The notes beneath the pieces were generated by a model. The model worked only from the letters and a program-made list of their open reading frames with translations, was not told the origin of the DNA and did not search any database. Shown one piece after another: positions 8,974 to 17,813 of a stretch of 64,000 nt of DNA (positions within the stretch are counted from its first letter, which is position 1; each line of letters begins with the position of its first letter). A program made the translations under genes and the position numbers. The DNA is taken from IMG/VR virus record IMGVR_UViG_3300029953_000001. The stretch is one strand, 5' to 3'. This DNA is from a virus.

Positions 8974-9394
8974 GGATGCCAAGGCACAGGTCGTCCTTGA
9001 CGGCATCACCACGGCCTTGATGGCCGGGACGACTACCATTGTCCCCGGTACCTACATCATGTTCCGACGTGAACCCGCCATGAAGAAAGGCATCACTGAA
9101 ATTTACTCGGTAAACTCCTCCGTAGCGATTCCAGTTGAAGGTGCTGGATGGGTGGTGGGAAGCGAGGTCATCGGGTACATCAAATGGTTTGGTCGCTGGA
9201 GGAAGTATGGCTTCTTCCCCAAGCCCGATACAATTTACGAAGAGACCTGTCTCCGAGAGATAGCACACTTTGGTCAGATGTTGACGCATGTACACCGACT
9301 ACTCAAAGCACAAGAGAGAGTCAAAGCGAAGTATGGAGACGGCCCCATCGACTTATGGCCGAAGGATTTATTGGAGGCACCACATGGCAGCTAA
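8963..9394 (+). CDS. hypothetical protein (143 aa)
   Basis: ORF 8900-9394 with the start moved to ATG 8963, which overlaps the previous stop. Confidence 0.45.
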   Translation: MKSKDAKAQVVLDGITTALMAGTTTIVPGTYIMFRREPAMKKGITEIYSVNSSVAIPVEGAGWVVGSEVIGYIKWFGRWRKYGFFPKPDTIYEETCLREIAHFGQMLTHVHRLLKAQERVKAKYGDGPIDLWPKDLLEAPHGS

Positions 9395-9632
9395 GCAAGC
9401 AGTCGTAACCTTTGCAAAGGGCGACCCGAAGAAGCACTCAGTCAAGATGGAGGCTATCTCGGCCACGCTGGTTGGTGCCGAAGCGGGTACCGTTCTCGTT
9501 GCCGATAAACTTGGCGACATCTACGTCAGCCGTCACATCATGGACGCACTGGGTCTGAAGGATTCAGCAACCATTCAGGTTACATTCCAAGGGGTCAATA
9601 AGGCGACCGCTGGGGATAGCGAACTCATATGA
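9384..9632 (+). CDS. hypothetical protein (82 aa)
   Basis: GGAGG SD followed by ATG 9384. Confidence 0.5.
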   Translation: MAAKQAVVTFAKGDPKKHSVKMEAISATLVGAEAGTVLVADKLGDIYVSRHIMDALGLKDSATIQVTFQGVNKATAGDSELI

Positions 9633-9958
9633 TGTTCTGGAACTCATTCAATCGACCACCCAAGGAAGGCGAGAGGATTCTCGCCCTGACGCACGACCGT
9701 GGGACGATTCACATTGCCACGTACTCGGCCTCAGTTCCTTGGACTGACTGCATCGGATGGATGCCAGCCGGGGAACTCCTCGACGCTGAAACCGGCGATG
9801 ACCCGAACTTGGAGTGCCTTTGTCCACCCAAGCCCATCCCATCCCCGCTGACACAACGGAGCTTCACCCGTGAGCACGTAGACTGGCTGGCCGTGGCTAT
9901 GGGGCTCACCCTCGCCATGCTCATCCGGTTCAACATCATTCATCAAATCAAGTTCTAG
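9629..9958 (+). CDS. hypothetical protein (109 aa)
   Basis: ORF coupled to the previous gene by an ATGA overlap. Confidence 0.5.
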   Translation: MMFWNSFNRPPKEGERILALTHDRGTIHIATYSASVPWTDCIGWMPAGELLDAETGDDPNLECLCPPKPIPSPLTQRSFTREHVDWLAVAMGLTLAMLIRFNIIHQIKF

Positions 9959-9967
9959 GAGACGGTG

Positions 9968-10183
9968 ATGGACAAGTTCGTGATTGAGGCTCTCTCAGGG
10001 GAGCCCGACGTAGAGGATGGCGGACAGGCCCGGATACTTCACATCGAGTCCGACGACCCTAAGCACTGCCATTCCGCCTTCCATTTCATCCGCCTTCAAA
10101 GCTGGGACGAGACGCGGGAACACGCCATCATTCGACAGTTTGAGGGTAAGCGAGTACGGGTCACTGTGGAGGTCATCGAATGA
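9968..10183 (+). CDS. hypothetical protein (71 aa)
   Basis: ORF; GGAG upstream. Confidence 0.45.
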   Translation: MDKFVIEALSGEPDVEDGGQARILHIESDDPKHCHSAFHFIRLQSWDETREHAIIRQFEGKRVRVTVEVIE

Positions 10184-10395
10184 GCGAACCATTCAAGGTT
10201 CACAACTTCAGCACCATCGACAAGTGGATTGACATCACCGGCCCTGAGGGTCTGTCGATTCGTGTTGACTACGACGATGTAGCACACAAGTCTGTGGAAA
10301 ACGCAACCAAAAAGATGGTGGACTTGCTGAATAACCACTGGAATGAGTATGCCGGGAACGCCATCATGGCCCACCGGGCGGACATTCGGGACTGA
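10180..10395 (+). CDS. hypothetical protein (71 aa)
   Basis: ORF coupled to the previous gene by an ATGA overlap. Confidence 0.45.
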   Translation: MSEPFKVHNFSTIDKWIDITGPEGLSIRVDYDDVAHKSVENATKKMVDLLNNHWNEYAGNAIMAHRADIRD

Positions 10396-10449
10396 AAAAA
10401 TTCCCAAAATTACTGTTCAAAACGGTCGTGAGTCCCGTATACTGTGGGT
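10392..10449 (+). promoter_or_regulatory. promoter of the conserved family: UP tract aaaaaattcccaaaatta + TGTTCAAAAC box + TATACT; ATG 6 nt downstream (leaderless)
   Basis: ctgaaaaaattcccaaaattacTGTTCAAAACggtcgtgagtcccgTATACTgtgggtATG. Confidence 0.55.
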
Positions 10450-11037
10450 ATGACAGCGACAGCCAAGCTCGAACGTAAGATTGAGCACCTTGAGAACTTT
10501 CAGGAAATCGTCCGAAAGTTCGTTGTGCGTCTCGGAGACCCTTCCGAGTTCGAGTTCCGCAACGAGGTTATCGACCTTGGTTCCGTGAAGGGGAAATGCA
10601 CCTGTGACCAGCCCATCCGGTATATGTTCTTGATTTGGGGGCCGAACGGTCGCGTTGCCCCGGTCGGATGTGAATGCATCAAACACTTTCAAGCCTACAA
10701 CGAGACCCTGTTCGGCAAACTGGAGCACGCCCGTGAAGGGCTCATGGAAGCCCTCGCTCGTGAGAAGCGTGAGAGCGATGAGGCTCAGCGTCAGGACAAG
10801 GTGGCTGAGATTCTCCCCTGCTACGAACTGGCACGCCGGAAATTCCTCGCGGTCTGCAAGATGCACAAGGACAACATCGGCTACATGCTTCCGCGTGCGA
10901 TGTGGCTGCTTCAGTCCGACCTCATGAAGAAGGTTCAGGAGTACAAGACCACCAACGGTTACATCAATTTCTACAAGACCACCATCGTCAAAATTGAAAC
11001 GGTACTCGGCAAGTACGAGCGAGGGGAGCTACGCTAA
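10450..11037 (+). CDS. hypothetical Cys-containing protein (196 aa)
   Basis: ORF 10444-11037; start placed at ATG 10450. Contains GKCTCDQ...VGCECIKHF. Confidence 0.55.
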   Translation: MTATAKLERKIEHLENFQEIVRKFVVRLGDPSEFEFRNEVIDLGSVKGKCTCDQPIRYMFLIWGPNGRVAPVGCECIKHFQAYNETLFGKLEHAREGLMEALAREKRESDEAQRQDKVAEILPCYELARRKFLAVCKMHKDNIGYMLPRAMWLLQSDLMKKVQEYKTTNGYINFYKTTIVKIETVLGKYERGELR

Positions 11038-11258
11038 TGAACAAAATCCTAATCAAAGTTTCGGCACCATTACTCTACAAGTTCGTGATGGGCTTCGACC
11101 CTTCCTACGCGCAGATGAATGACCCGATTGTGAAGAAGTACGGCTCGTACTCGGGCAGCTACGACCGCTGGACGTGGCACTTGGTGAAATCGTCACCTAT
11201 CGCGGATGTCCTCTACCTCTTGAATTTATTCGCTGGTGATGACGTGGAGGTTTCATAA
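11037..11258 (+). CDS. hypothetical protein (73 aa)
   Basis: ORF with an ATGA overlap. Confidence 0.45.
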   Translation: MNKILIKVSAPLLYKFVMGFDPSYAQMNDPIVKKYGSYSGSYDRWTWHLVKSSPIADVLYLLNLFAGDDVEVS

Positions 11259-11467
11259 TGGCTGGAGCCTTAGTCAACTCGGTCGTTGAAGAAATGTCGT
11301 GGAGTTCCTCTAGGGAGAGCCCCGCCAGCATGGAACGTGAAGCTGAGCGGGACTTTCGACGCTCCAAAACTCCTCAGGAGTTGCACGACCGTCAGTACGA
11401 GTGGCGTGTCATCGAGGCTGTCTACCTCAAGCGTCTCACAGAGAGGAACCGTGATGCCAAAGCGTAA
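11258..11467 (+). CDS. hypothetical protein (69 aa)
   Basis: ORF with an ATGA overlap. Confidence 0.4.
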   Translation: MAGALVNSVVEEMSWSSSRESPASMEREAERDFRRSKTPQELHDRQYEWRVIEAVYLKRLTERNRDAKA

Positions 11468-11837
11468 GTACATCTCCGCCGAGGAACCAGCCAAGATTCG
11501 CATCGTCATCGGTGCCCGGTACACCGTCACCGACTACAACAGCCAGCCTCTCCCCGGCTACGTGAAGCCTGTACGGTGGGAGCCGTCCATGTCGATGTAC
11601 AAGTGTGAGAACGACCTTGGCGGTCAGGTGTGGGTCAAGCGTGGCTGCTTCGTCGCTGGTCTCAGTTCCAAGCCCAAGCCTTCTACTCACTGGTCGCTGT
11701 CGTATCCCAAGAGCGTCCGGCCCAAGCCAGTGCCGAAGTCATTCTGCGGACAGGGCAAGGCCCTCACGCCCGACAAGACCAAGGTCACGTGCCTGAAGTG
11801 CAAGAGCCTGATGAAGCTGCACACCGCCCCGGCGTGA
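11454..11837 (+). CDS. hypothetical basic protein (127 aa)
   Basis: ORF 11286-11837 with the start trimmed to ATG 11454. Lys/Pro-rich. Confidence 0.4.
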   Translation: MPKRKYISAEEPAKIRIVIGARYTVTDYNSQPLPGYVKPVRWEPSMSMYKCENDLGGQVWVKRGCFVAGLSSKPKPSTHWSLSYPKSVRPKPVPKSFCGQGKALTPDKTKVTCLKCKSLMKLHTAPA

Positions 11838-11923
11838 AGTAAGCAGTGGGGGAGCATCGTTCCTCATCACGCAGAACTTCTACCTCGCTATGGCCGAGTT
11901 AGATTTCTTGTCAAGGTCGTCAT

Positions 11924-11970
11924 GGAATATACATATTCCATAAAGCCGTTTAAAGAAATATGTATATTCC
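11924..11970. promoter_or_regulatory. AT-rich hyphenated palindrome GGAATATACATATTCC-N15-GAAATATGTATATTCC; candidate operator or protein-binding site in a 225-bp non-coding gap
   Basis: Two 16-bp palindromic half-sites that together form a roughly 47-bp inverted repeat. The element is conspicuously AT-rich against a GC-rich background. Confidence 0.45.
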
Positions 11971-12029
11971 TGCCGATGTGGTCAAGTGTGATGGTGGGAC
12001 TTCATTCGGTGAAGACCAATTTTTCCACT

Positions 12030-12064
12030 ATGCGTGCAAAGTCCTTTGGGGTATACTGGCCTAA
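12030..12064 (+). promoter_or_regulatory. promoter: TATACT -10 located 7 nt before the GTG start at 12065 (leaderless)
   Basis: aatttttccactatgcgtgcaaagtcctttggggTATACTggcctaaGTG. Confidence 0.35.
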
Positions 12065-12340
12065 GTGATAACCTTTCTCCGCAAGCTAGTTGGTCGCAAA
12101 CCAGCACCACCGGCTCCTATCAAATGGGGGCCGGAACTAGACTCGGCTGTTCTTAATCGAGGACAGTGCCCGGACTGCGGTATTGAATCAACGTGGAAGA
12201 CCGAAACTTGCGTGTTCAGCCAGACTACAATCGAGTGCGACCCATGCGGTAGTCGATACGCTGTGATGCCGTGCTTCCCACCTTACACCCGTGCCCACTT
12301 CGTGGGCTACAACCGCATCAAGAGGGACAAGCCACTATGA
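12065..12340 (+). CDS. hypothetical Cys-rich (Zn-ribbon-like) protein, GTG start
   Basis: CPDCG...CDPCG pattern. Confidence 0.4.
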   Translation: MITFLRKLVGRKPAPPAPIKWGPELDSAVLNRGQCPDCGIESTWKTETCVFSQTTIECDPCGSRYAVMPCFPPYTRAHFVGYNRIKRDKPL

Positions 12341-12642
12341 GCGGAAACAGTGAACTGAAGACCATTCTGATTTACGACCAGCTTGACGCTGAACTGAAGT
12401 TCTTCGTACTTGAGGGGAACTACACCCACCTGAACAAGGTGTACATGAACTCGGTGCTGCCTGATGGTGCTACCAAGAAGGCTCAGAAGGCTCACGACAA
12501 GTTGCAGGAAGAGTTGGAGAAGCTCATCTACGGGGACGGCGGGGACATCCTCCTCCCGTACACGACGGAGTTCCCGTTGGATGTAATTGACGACGGCCTG
12601 TTCGGTTCTGTTGCCGTCATCGTCGCAGGATTCCTGCCATAA
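12337..12642 (+). CDS. hypothetical protein (101 aa)
   Basis: ORF with an ATGA overlap. Confidence 0.45.
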   Translation: MSGNSELKTILIYDQLDAELKFFVLEGNYTHLNKVYMNSVLPDGATKKAQKAHDKLQEELEKLIYGDGGDILLPYTTEFPLDVIDDGLFGSVAVIVAGFLP

Positions 12643-12657
12643 CTGAAAGGTAAAGCC

Positions 12658-12855
12658 ATGGGACTGTCAACGTATGTGCAAGCCTTCCGTCCCCCGGACG
12701 CGAAGTGGAAGAAGATGAAGCAAGCCTACGACGCCTGTGAGGCCGCTGGCGTCCCCGTCCCGGAAGAGGTCGATGATTTCTTCAACAACGAACCGCCTGA
12801 CCCTGCCGGTGTCAGTGGAACCGTGGTGGGGAGGAAACCGAATGACAGACCGTGA
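12658..12855 (+). CDS. hypothetical protein (65 aa)
   Basis: ORF. Confidence 0.35.
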   Translation: MGLSTYVQAFRPPDAKWKKMKQAYDACEAAGVPVPEEVDDFFNNEPPDPAGVSGTVVGRKPNDRP

Positions 12856-13567
12856 ACGTATCCTTCTCAATATTGCTTCCATGCTCGCTCAAGAAGTCGC
12901 TACCCTCCAGCGGTTACCGGCGGTTCAGCAATACATGGCAAGCCAGTATTCTCTGAGCCATATTGCGATTGAAGAACCCGGTTTTGAGCGGCCCAAGTAC
13001 AACAAGGGCGACCTCGTTCTCTGTCAGTCCAGTGTCGGTCGCAACGAAAATCCGTTCGTCCTAGCCTTTGTCGAAGCGAATGGGTGCAAGAATGATCCTA
13101 GCGGACTACTTCTCCGCGCCATCGGAACAAACGATTTGTGTGACTACGGAAACGAGCGGTTTGCCCGGATCACCGGCATCCCAGAACGCATGTTGTGGGA
13201 GGGGGAAAAGCAGCAATTCGCCAACAAACTTTACAAGACCCTAAGGAAGATGGACACCTACGTTCATCGGTTTCGCGGTCTCAGTTTCCCAGAAGATGGT
13301 CAGGCTGACGTTACCTTTGGTGAGATTTTTGGTGGACTCTCGAAGCACTCGAAACCGTACACTCTGCGAGTCGCCTACACGCCCAAGACGACACTGAAAA
13401 GCATCCGCCAGCAACTGGAGGCGCAAGGATTTGGCGTACGGAAATTCGAAGAGGACGATGGGACCTACGACGGACAATTCCACAATCCGCAAGCGATCAC
13501 TCGCGAGAGTCTGATTGGCGAGTTGACAGCCGCCGGAATTGAGCTGAAACCAGAGGTGGCATCGTGA
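12842..13567 (+). CDS. hypothetical protein (241 aa)
   Basis: ORF 12737-13567 with the start trimmed to ATG 12842. Confidence 0.45.
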   Translation: MTDRERILLNIASMLAQEVATLQRLPAVQQYMASQYSLSHIAIEEPGFERPKYNKGDLVLCQSSVGRNENPFVLAFVEANGCKNDPSGLLLRAIGTNDLCDYGNERFARITGIPERMLWEGEKQQFANKLYKTLRKMDTYVHRFRGLSFPEDGQADVTFGEIFGGLSKHSKPYTLRVAYTPKTTLKSIRQQLEAQGFGVRKFEEDDGTYDGQFHNPQAITRESLIGELTAAGIELKPEVAS

Positions 13568-13613
13568 GCGAGTGGACGTGGATGATTCTGTCGGATTCCG
13601 ATGAAGTGCCGAT

Positions 13614-14126
13614 GTGTACGCGAATGGCAATGGAAGAGTCCAATGGGTGGCGGGTCGTGTCCATTTGCCGCACATCTTACGAAAGTCCGACCGCATACTT
13701 TCAGGTATTTATGAGGCGCGAGAAGACCCCATGACTGACCACCCAATGAGTCAGAAGATGAAGGACTGCCTCGCCACGATTGCGGATGCCAAGAATGGCG
13801 AGATGAGCGGATGGACTGTGGCGACTTGGCTAAACAAACGCAGGCATCCTGAAGGTGTCCGCGAATCGCTGAGGGCGTTGACGAACCGAGGTCTGATCGT
13901 GATGCGTCCGATGGACGACCCAAATGACGAGTTCCGTAAGCGGTTTCCAGACCGTCTGAAGGCGATGTACTCAATTGCGAAAGGAACCGAAGCCGGTAAC
14001 CCCATCCCAGCTGAGGTTGGTCGTCTCATCGCTGGCACCACTAACGGTGCGGCTCATTACACGCCCCTGCGACCGGGTGACCTCCTCAGTAAAAAATTCC
14101 AAAATAAGTGTTCAGAACGATGGTGA
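13614..14126 (+). CDS. hypothetical protein, possibly a winged-helix DNA-binding protein
   Basis: ORF whose start is uncertain (alternative in-frame ATG at 13729). The segment WTVATWLNKRRHPEGVRESLRALTNRGLIV looks like an HTH. Confidence 0.35.
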   Translation: MYANGNGRVQWVAGRVHLPHILRKSDRILSGIYEAREDPMTDHPMSQKMKDCLATIADAKNGEMSGWTVATWLNKRRHPEGVRESLRALTNRGLIVMRPMDDPNDEFRKRFPDRLKAMYSIAKGTEAGNPIPAEVGRLIAGTTNGAAHYTPLRPGDLLSKKFQNKCSERW

Positions 14127-14146
14127 CTCCGGTATACTGCTGACAG
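14091..14146 (+). promoter_or_regulatory. promoter of the conserved family (UP + GTTCAGAAC + TATACT); ATG 8 nt downstream
   Basis: aaaaaattccaaaataagTGTTCAGAACgatggtgactccggTATACTgctgacagATG. Confidence 0.55.
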
Positions 14147-14344
14147 ATGAAAGAACCACTCACACCCGAGCAGCGGAAGGCCAAGCAGAGGGCTTACTAC
14201 AAGTCCCAGTACAGCCGACCTGAAGGCTATAACGGCAATGACACTTACCACAAGCCGGACGAGAACTACGCTGCTACTCTCGAATCACGGTACCAAATCC
14301 GCCTACCTATCTGGTTGGCTAAAGGTCTAAGGGGAATCATATGA
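14147..14344 (+). CDS. hypothetical basic protein (65 aa)
   Basis: ORF directly after the promoter; leaderless arrangement. Confidence 0.5.
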   Translation: MKEPLTPEQRKAKQRAYYKSQYSRPEGYNGNDTYHKPDENYAATLESRYQIRLPIWLAKGLRGII

Positions 14345-14871
14345 TTACGCTCACAGCGTTCCGCAATCTGGCTGAAGTTATCCTCGCATTTGGCAGCAAC
14401 GAGATGGGTGAGCACGGTGGCGGAGCCGCCCGTGATGCCCACAAGAACTTTGGAGCACGTTGGCACGTTGGCTTCGGCCATCAGGGCAACAGCTTCGCCA
14501 TCCCAACCTGCTCGAAATCCACAGGTCAGCCGGGGTTCCAGATTACGCCTGAGGCCCTCCGCTTCTACATCTACTGCTTCATTCTCTTCGCCAAGATGAA
14601 CCCCACCCTCGAATTCAAGGTCTCCCGCATCGGCACTGGCCTCGCTGGCTGGCAGGATGCACAGGTCGCCCCCATGTTCCAAGAGGCCCCGGACAACTGC
14701 TTCTTCGACACCGCATGGGCGGACTTCCTCACCCCGACCACTGCTGCTGGCCTCGACCGCAAGTATTGGGGCACCTACAGCGCAATGGCTGTCGCCGGAG
14801 CGGCTGGTGTCGCAACCACGACTCCGACAATCACCCTCGACCAGACTCTCTCCTTGGGCGACGGCAACTAA
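14341..14871 (+). CDS. hypothetical protein with a Gly-rich nucleotide-binding-like motif (GEHGGGAARDA ... SFAIPT ... IGTGLAGW)
   Basis: ORF with an ATGA overlap. The motif pattern is reminiscent of SLOG/DprA or macro-like folds, but the spacing does not fit macro. Confidence 0.45.
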   Translation: MITLTAFRNLAEVILAFGSNEMGEHGGGAARDAHKNFGARWHVGFGHQGNSFAIPTCSKSTGQPGFQITPEALRFYIYCFILFAKMNPTLEFKVSRIGTGLAGWQDAQVAPMFQEAPDNCFFDTAWADFLTPTTAAGLDRKYWGTYSAMAVAGAAGVATTTPTITLDQTLSLGDGN

Positions 14872-15029
14872 GTTTGACTACCGCGATACAGACTCACCGA
14901 AAAACCTGTAGGCCACAGGAAAATACTGGTGAGCGAGTTGAGCGTGCCCTAGATACCCTGCGCGTGGGGTCACAATACTAGGCAGCGACGGTGAACATGT
15001 AACCGGACGCAACCAATTAGGAGTTCCAA

Positions 15030-15221
15030 ATGCGTTGGATTCCAGAACAGACCGAGCATACAAGAGTCAGGGCAACACCACCAGCCCTCAAGCATGTGGT
15101 CTTCGCCCTGACTTACCTCGTCTTCGCAGCGTTCATCATCGGCATCTTCGTGGTGAGTCCTGTCCTCGCTGTACTCATCGGTGCTATCATCATCGGTGGC
15201 AACCTCTTCAACTGGAGCTAA
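15030..15221 (+). CDS. small hydrophobic membrane protein (63 aa)
   Basis: Two predicted TM segments; GGAG SD. Confidence 0.4.
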   Translation: MRWIPEQTEHTRVRATPPALKHVVFALTYLVFAAFIIGIFVVSPVLAVLIGAIIIGGNLFNWS

Positions 15222-15222
15222 C

Positions 15223-15573
15223 ATGGCATCCTCACACGGCAAGTATCTCGGCGAGACACCCCTTGACATCGACATCCATCCAGACTACCGGAGCATGACG
15301 CCGACCGACTGGGCTCTCCGCTACATCGAAGCTTACGGCCAGATTGATGGCGGACACCACAAGCTGTGGGTACTCGACCAAGTGGCCCGTATCCTCAACG
15401 GCACACCTATCGTCGTAGTTCAAGCCAAGTGGGAAGATGGGTTCACCGAAGACCGCTTCTCCACAGTGGAGCCGCCTTCACAGAAGTACAAGGATTGGGT
15501 TGTGTCCACGTTAGGGCCGAAGGATGAAGACGGCGAGTATGAGTACGACTACGACGAAGGGATTGCCCCGTAA
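15223..15573 (+). CDS. hypothetical protein (116 aa)
   Basis: ORF 15181-15573 trimmed to ATG 15223. Confidence 0.45.
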   Translation: MASSHGKYLGETPLDIDIHPDYRSMTPTDWALRYIEAYGQIDGGHHKLWVLDQVARILNGTPIVVVQAKWEDGFTEDRFSTVEPPSQKYKDWVVSTLGPKDEDGEYEYDYDEGIAP

Positions 15574-15830
15574 TGAAGCCGGGATTCAAAAAGCCGGAAT
15601 TCAAAAAGATGGTGTGCGACACCATCCCCACGCCGATACGACCTCCAGCCTATCAGCAGTTCCGTGGCTGTACCCGAAAGGTGGCTTTCAAGACGCAGGA
15701 GTTGGCACAGAAGGCTATCAACCAACTCCTATCGAACAACAGGGACACCAACCCGGCGAAGCCGCTACTGCCTTACAAGTGTGAACACTGTCTCGCATGG
15801 CACTTCGGGCACTCAAGGAACCCTCAATGA
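15573..15830 (+). CDS. hypothetical Zn-ribbon protein (85 aa)
   Basis: C...C...CEHC pattern. Confidence 0.45.
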   Translation: MKPGFKKPEFKKMVCDTIPTPIRPPAYQQFRGCTRKVAFKTQELAQKAINQLLSNNRDTNPAKPLLPYKCEHCLAWHFGHSRNPQ

Positions 15831-16195
15831 TTTACACAAGTCTCAACGGAAACCGAATCAAGTACAGGGCCGCACCGACCGAGACTTTGCGGTCGGTGAA
15901 CCTGCGTTTACTCGAACCCGGCACATGGTCGGAGTATGACTTCCTCGACCTCGTGTGGAGGATGGCCGGGAACCTCTGCACTGGCGTCCGGCTGCGTGGA
16001 GCCTACCGGGAGGTCAATAAGCCCGTCGTTCACAACTACGACCTCTTCTTCCTCATCGGCAGGAACATCATGGGGCCTCAGGCCGTCAACAAGCTTGTCA
16101 CCGAGATTGAGGAAGAGGCTGAACGTACCCTCAAGGTAGAGGTACCTAACCACGCTCGTCACCGGGACAAGTTAGGGGAGACAGGAACCCTATGA
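15797..16195 (+). CDS. hypothetical protein (alternative start at 15827)
   Basis: ORF. Confidence 0.45.
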   Translation: MALRALKEPSMIYTSLNGNRIKYRAAPTETLRSVNLRLLEPGTWSEYDFLDLVWRMAGNLCTGVRLRGAYREVNKPVVHNYDLFFLIGRNIMGPQAVNKLVTEIEEEAERTLKVEVPNHARHRDKLGETGTL

Positions 16196-16605
16196 ACCCA
16201 CGAATCGAAATCGACTACAACGATATCGTTGAAGAGGGGAACCGATATTTCCAACGTGGAGACTACGCCTGTGCCATGACCTTCTTCTTGGATGCGTTCC
16301 GCATCTGCCCGGAGTCCCCCGTCGTCCTCTTCAACGTAGGTCGTGCGATGGAGGAACTTGGGGACATGAAGGCGGAGGATTTCTACCTCGCCGCCATCAA
16401 TAAGGGCTCCACAGACGCCCAGTACCAGCTTGGGGTCTACTACGCCTCCATCGGGCGCAAGGAAGACGCTGTAGACACTCTCAAGGGCTTCCTGAGGGCG
16501 GGTTTACCCCCGGATGAGTGGAGCAAGCACGCCCGTGTAGTGCTCAAGCGACTCGGTGCCGGGGAGTTAGAACTGGTATGGAAAAACCCCAAAATTATTT
16601 CCTAA
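16192..16605 (+). CDS. Sel1/TPR-like repeat protein
   Basis: AQYQLGVYYASIGRKEDA-type helical repeat units. Confidence 0.45.
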   Translation: MNPRIEIDYNDIVEEGNRYFQRGDYACAMTFFLDAFRICPESPVVLFNVGRAMEELGDMKAEDFYLAAINKGSTDAQYQLGVYYASIGRKEDAVDTLKGFLRAGLPPDEWSKHARVVLKRLGAGELELVWKNPKIIS

Positions 16606-16647
16606 AATAGGTGTTCAGAACCAAGGTCTGCCCGGTATACTACAGAC
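16581..16647 (+). promoter_or_regulatory. promoter of the conserved family (UP + GTTCAGAAC + TATACT); ATG 6 nt downstream
   Basis: gaaaaaccccaaaattatttcctaaaatagGTGTTCAGAACcaaggtctgcccggTATACTacagacATG. Confidence 0.55.
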
Positions 16648-17457
16648 ATGATGCAGGGTATCCAAGCCGAACTTCTCACCGAGACGACCGAGCTTCATTT
16701 CCAGCGGATGCTGACCAACCCGGACTACGGGTATCAGGAGAAGCACAACGGTCATCGGCTGATGATTGCCAAGCAGGACGGTCAGCTTTTCTGGTTCAAC
16801 CGTGAGGGCGAGAAGTCAAGCAAGGCCCTCCCCATTCAGGTTCGCCACGCCCTTCTGTCCCACCCCCTCGACACATTCGTAATCGACGGCGAACTGGTCA
16901 AGACCACGTTCTTCGTCTTCGATGCTCTCATCCTTGGCGATGAGGTTATCACCAACGACGTTTACGAGTACCGTGAAGCCCGGTACCATCAGGAGTTCGA
17001 CAACCACTCCAAGAACCTCATCACGGTCAAGACTGCCCGTACCGCTGCGGAGAAGAAAGCCCTGTGGGAGCAGGTACTGGCCGCGAAGGGCGAGGGCATC
17101 GTCTCGAAGAATCTACGGAAGTCCTATCGTACTGGTAGGGCTGAGCAACATTTTAAATTGAAGTTCTGGAAGATGGCGGATGCGTTCGTCATCGGCCCCA
17201 GCCCTGAGGGCAAGGATAGCGTTGAGATTGGCATGGTGAACTCGAAGGGTCAAGTCCACCGCATCTCTGGTTGCTCTCTGCGGAACAAGTTCAACCCGGC
17301 TCCGGGTCAGGTCATCGAAGTCCGCTTCCTCTATGCGACTCAGGAACGCCACATCGTTCAGCCTACACTCCTGCACCTTCGCAATGACAAGCGTGCGGCT
17401 GACTGCCATCTGTCGCAACTCGAACCTTACATCAACAAGAACTGGGCTACCAAATGA
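16648..17457 (+). CDS. lig: small ATP-dependent ligase (nucleotidyltransferase superfamily; DNA-ligase-like motifs)
   Basis: Motif I YGYQEKHNGHR (a KxDGxR variant with N in place of D), motif III FVIDGELV, motif IV EGIVSK and motif V HFKLKFWK occur in the canonical order and spacing of minimal T7/Chlorella-virus-size ligases. Confidence 0.65.
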   Translation: MMQGIQAELLTETTELHFQRMLTNPDYGYQEKHNGHRLMIAKQDGQLFWFNREGEKSSKALPIQVRHALLSHPLDTFVIDGELVKTTFFVFDALILGDEVITNDVYEYREARYHQEFDNHSKNLITVKTARTAAEKKALWEQVLAAKGEGIVSKNLRKSYRTGRAEQHFKLKFWKMADAFVIGPSPEGKDSVEIGMVNSKGQVHRISGCSLRNKFNPAPGQVIEVRFLYATQERHIVQPTLLHLRNDKRAADCHLSQLEPYINKNWATK

Positions 17458-17813
17458 GCGGCCCACTAGAAGAGTTGGAGTTCCCTGTGTACTGTTCCTG
17501 TTGCGAGGAAGGCCTGTTCATCAACGCGATTGAAGTGGACGAACACATCACGGCGGAACACTTACCAGAGGCAGTCTGGAGTTTCGCACACGACTACATG
17601 AAAGAGCGGTGCCAAAGTGAAACAACGGAACCCAAAAGCAGCCTTCGGTTTATTCGACCACACTATGCTCCCGAAATTGAACCGGCTGTTGAAGTCCCAC
17701 GGCCTGAAGCTGAAGACCCGGAGCGACCGGCTCTGGTGGGGCGACCAAGTGGAAGTCACAGTCGAACACATTCCCATGGACATAGGCAAGTCCATCGGAA
17801 TCATTCAACTTGA
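17454..17813 (+). CDS. hypothetical protein (119 aa)
   Basis: ORF with an ATGA overlap. Confidence 0.45.
   Translation: MSGPLEELEFPVYCSCCEEGLFINAIEVDEHITAEHLPEAVWSFAHDYMKERCQSETTEPKSSLRFIRPHYAPEIEPAVEVPRPEAEDPERPALVGRPSGSHSRTHSHGHRQVHRNHST

Noticed and set aside
14341-14871. Macro-domain assignment for the GGG-motif ORF.
   Set aside because: The motif order resembles macro (GGGxA ... S[IV]AFP ... GxG), but the inter-motif spacing is far shorter than in macro domains. It is kept as unclassified.
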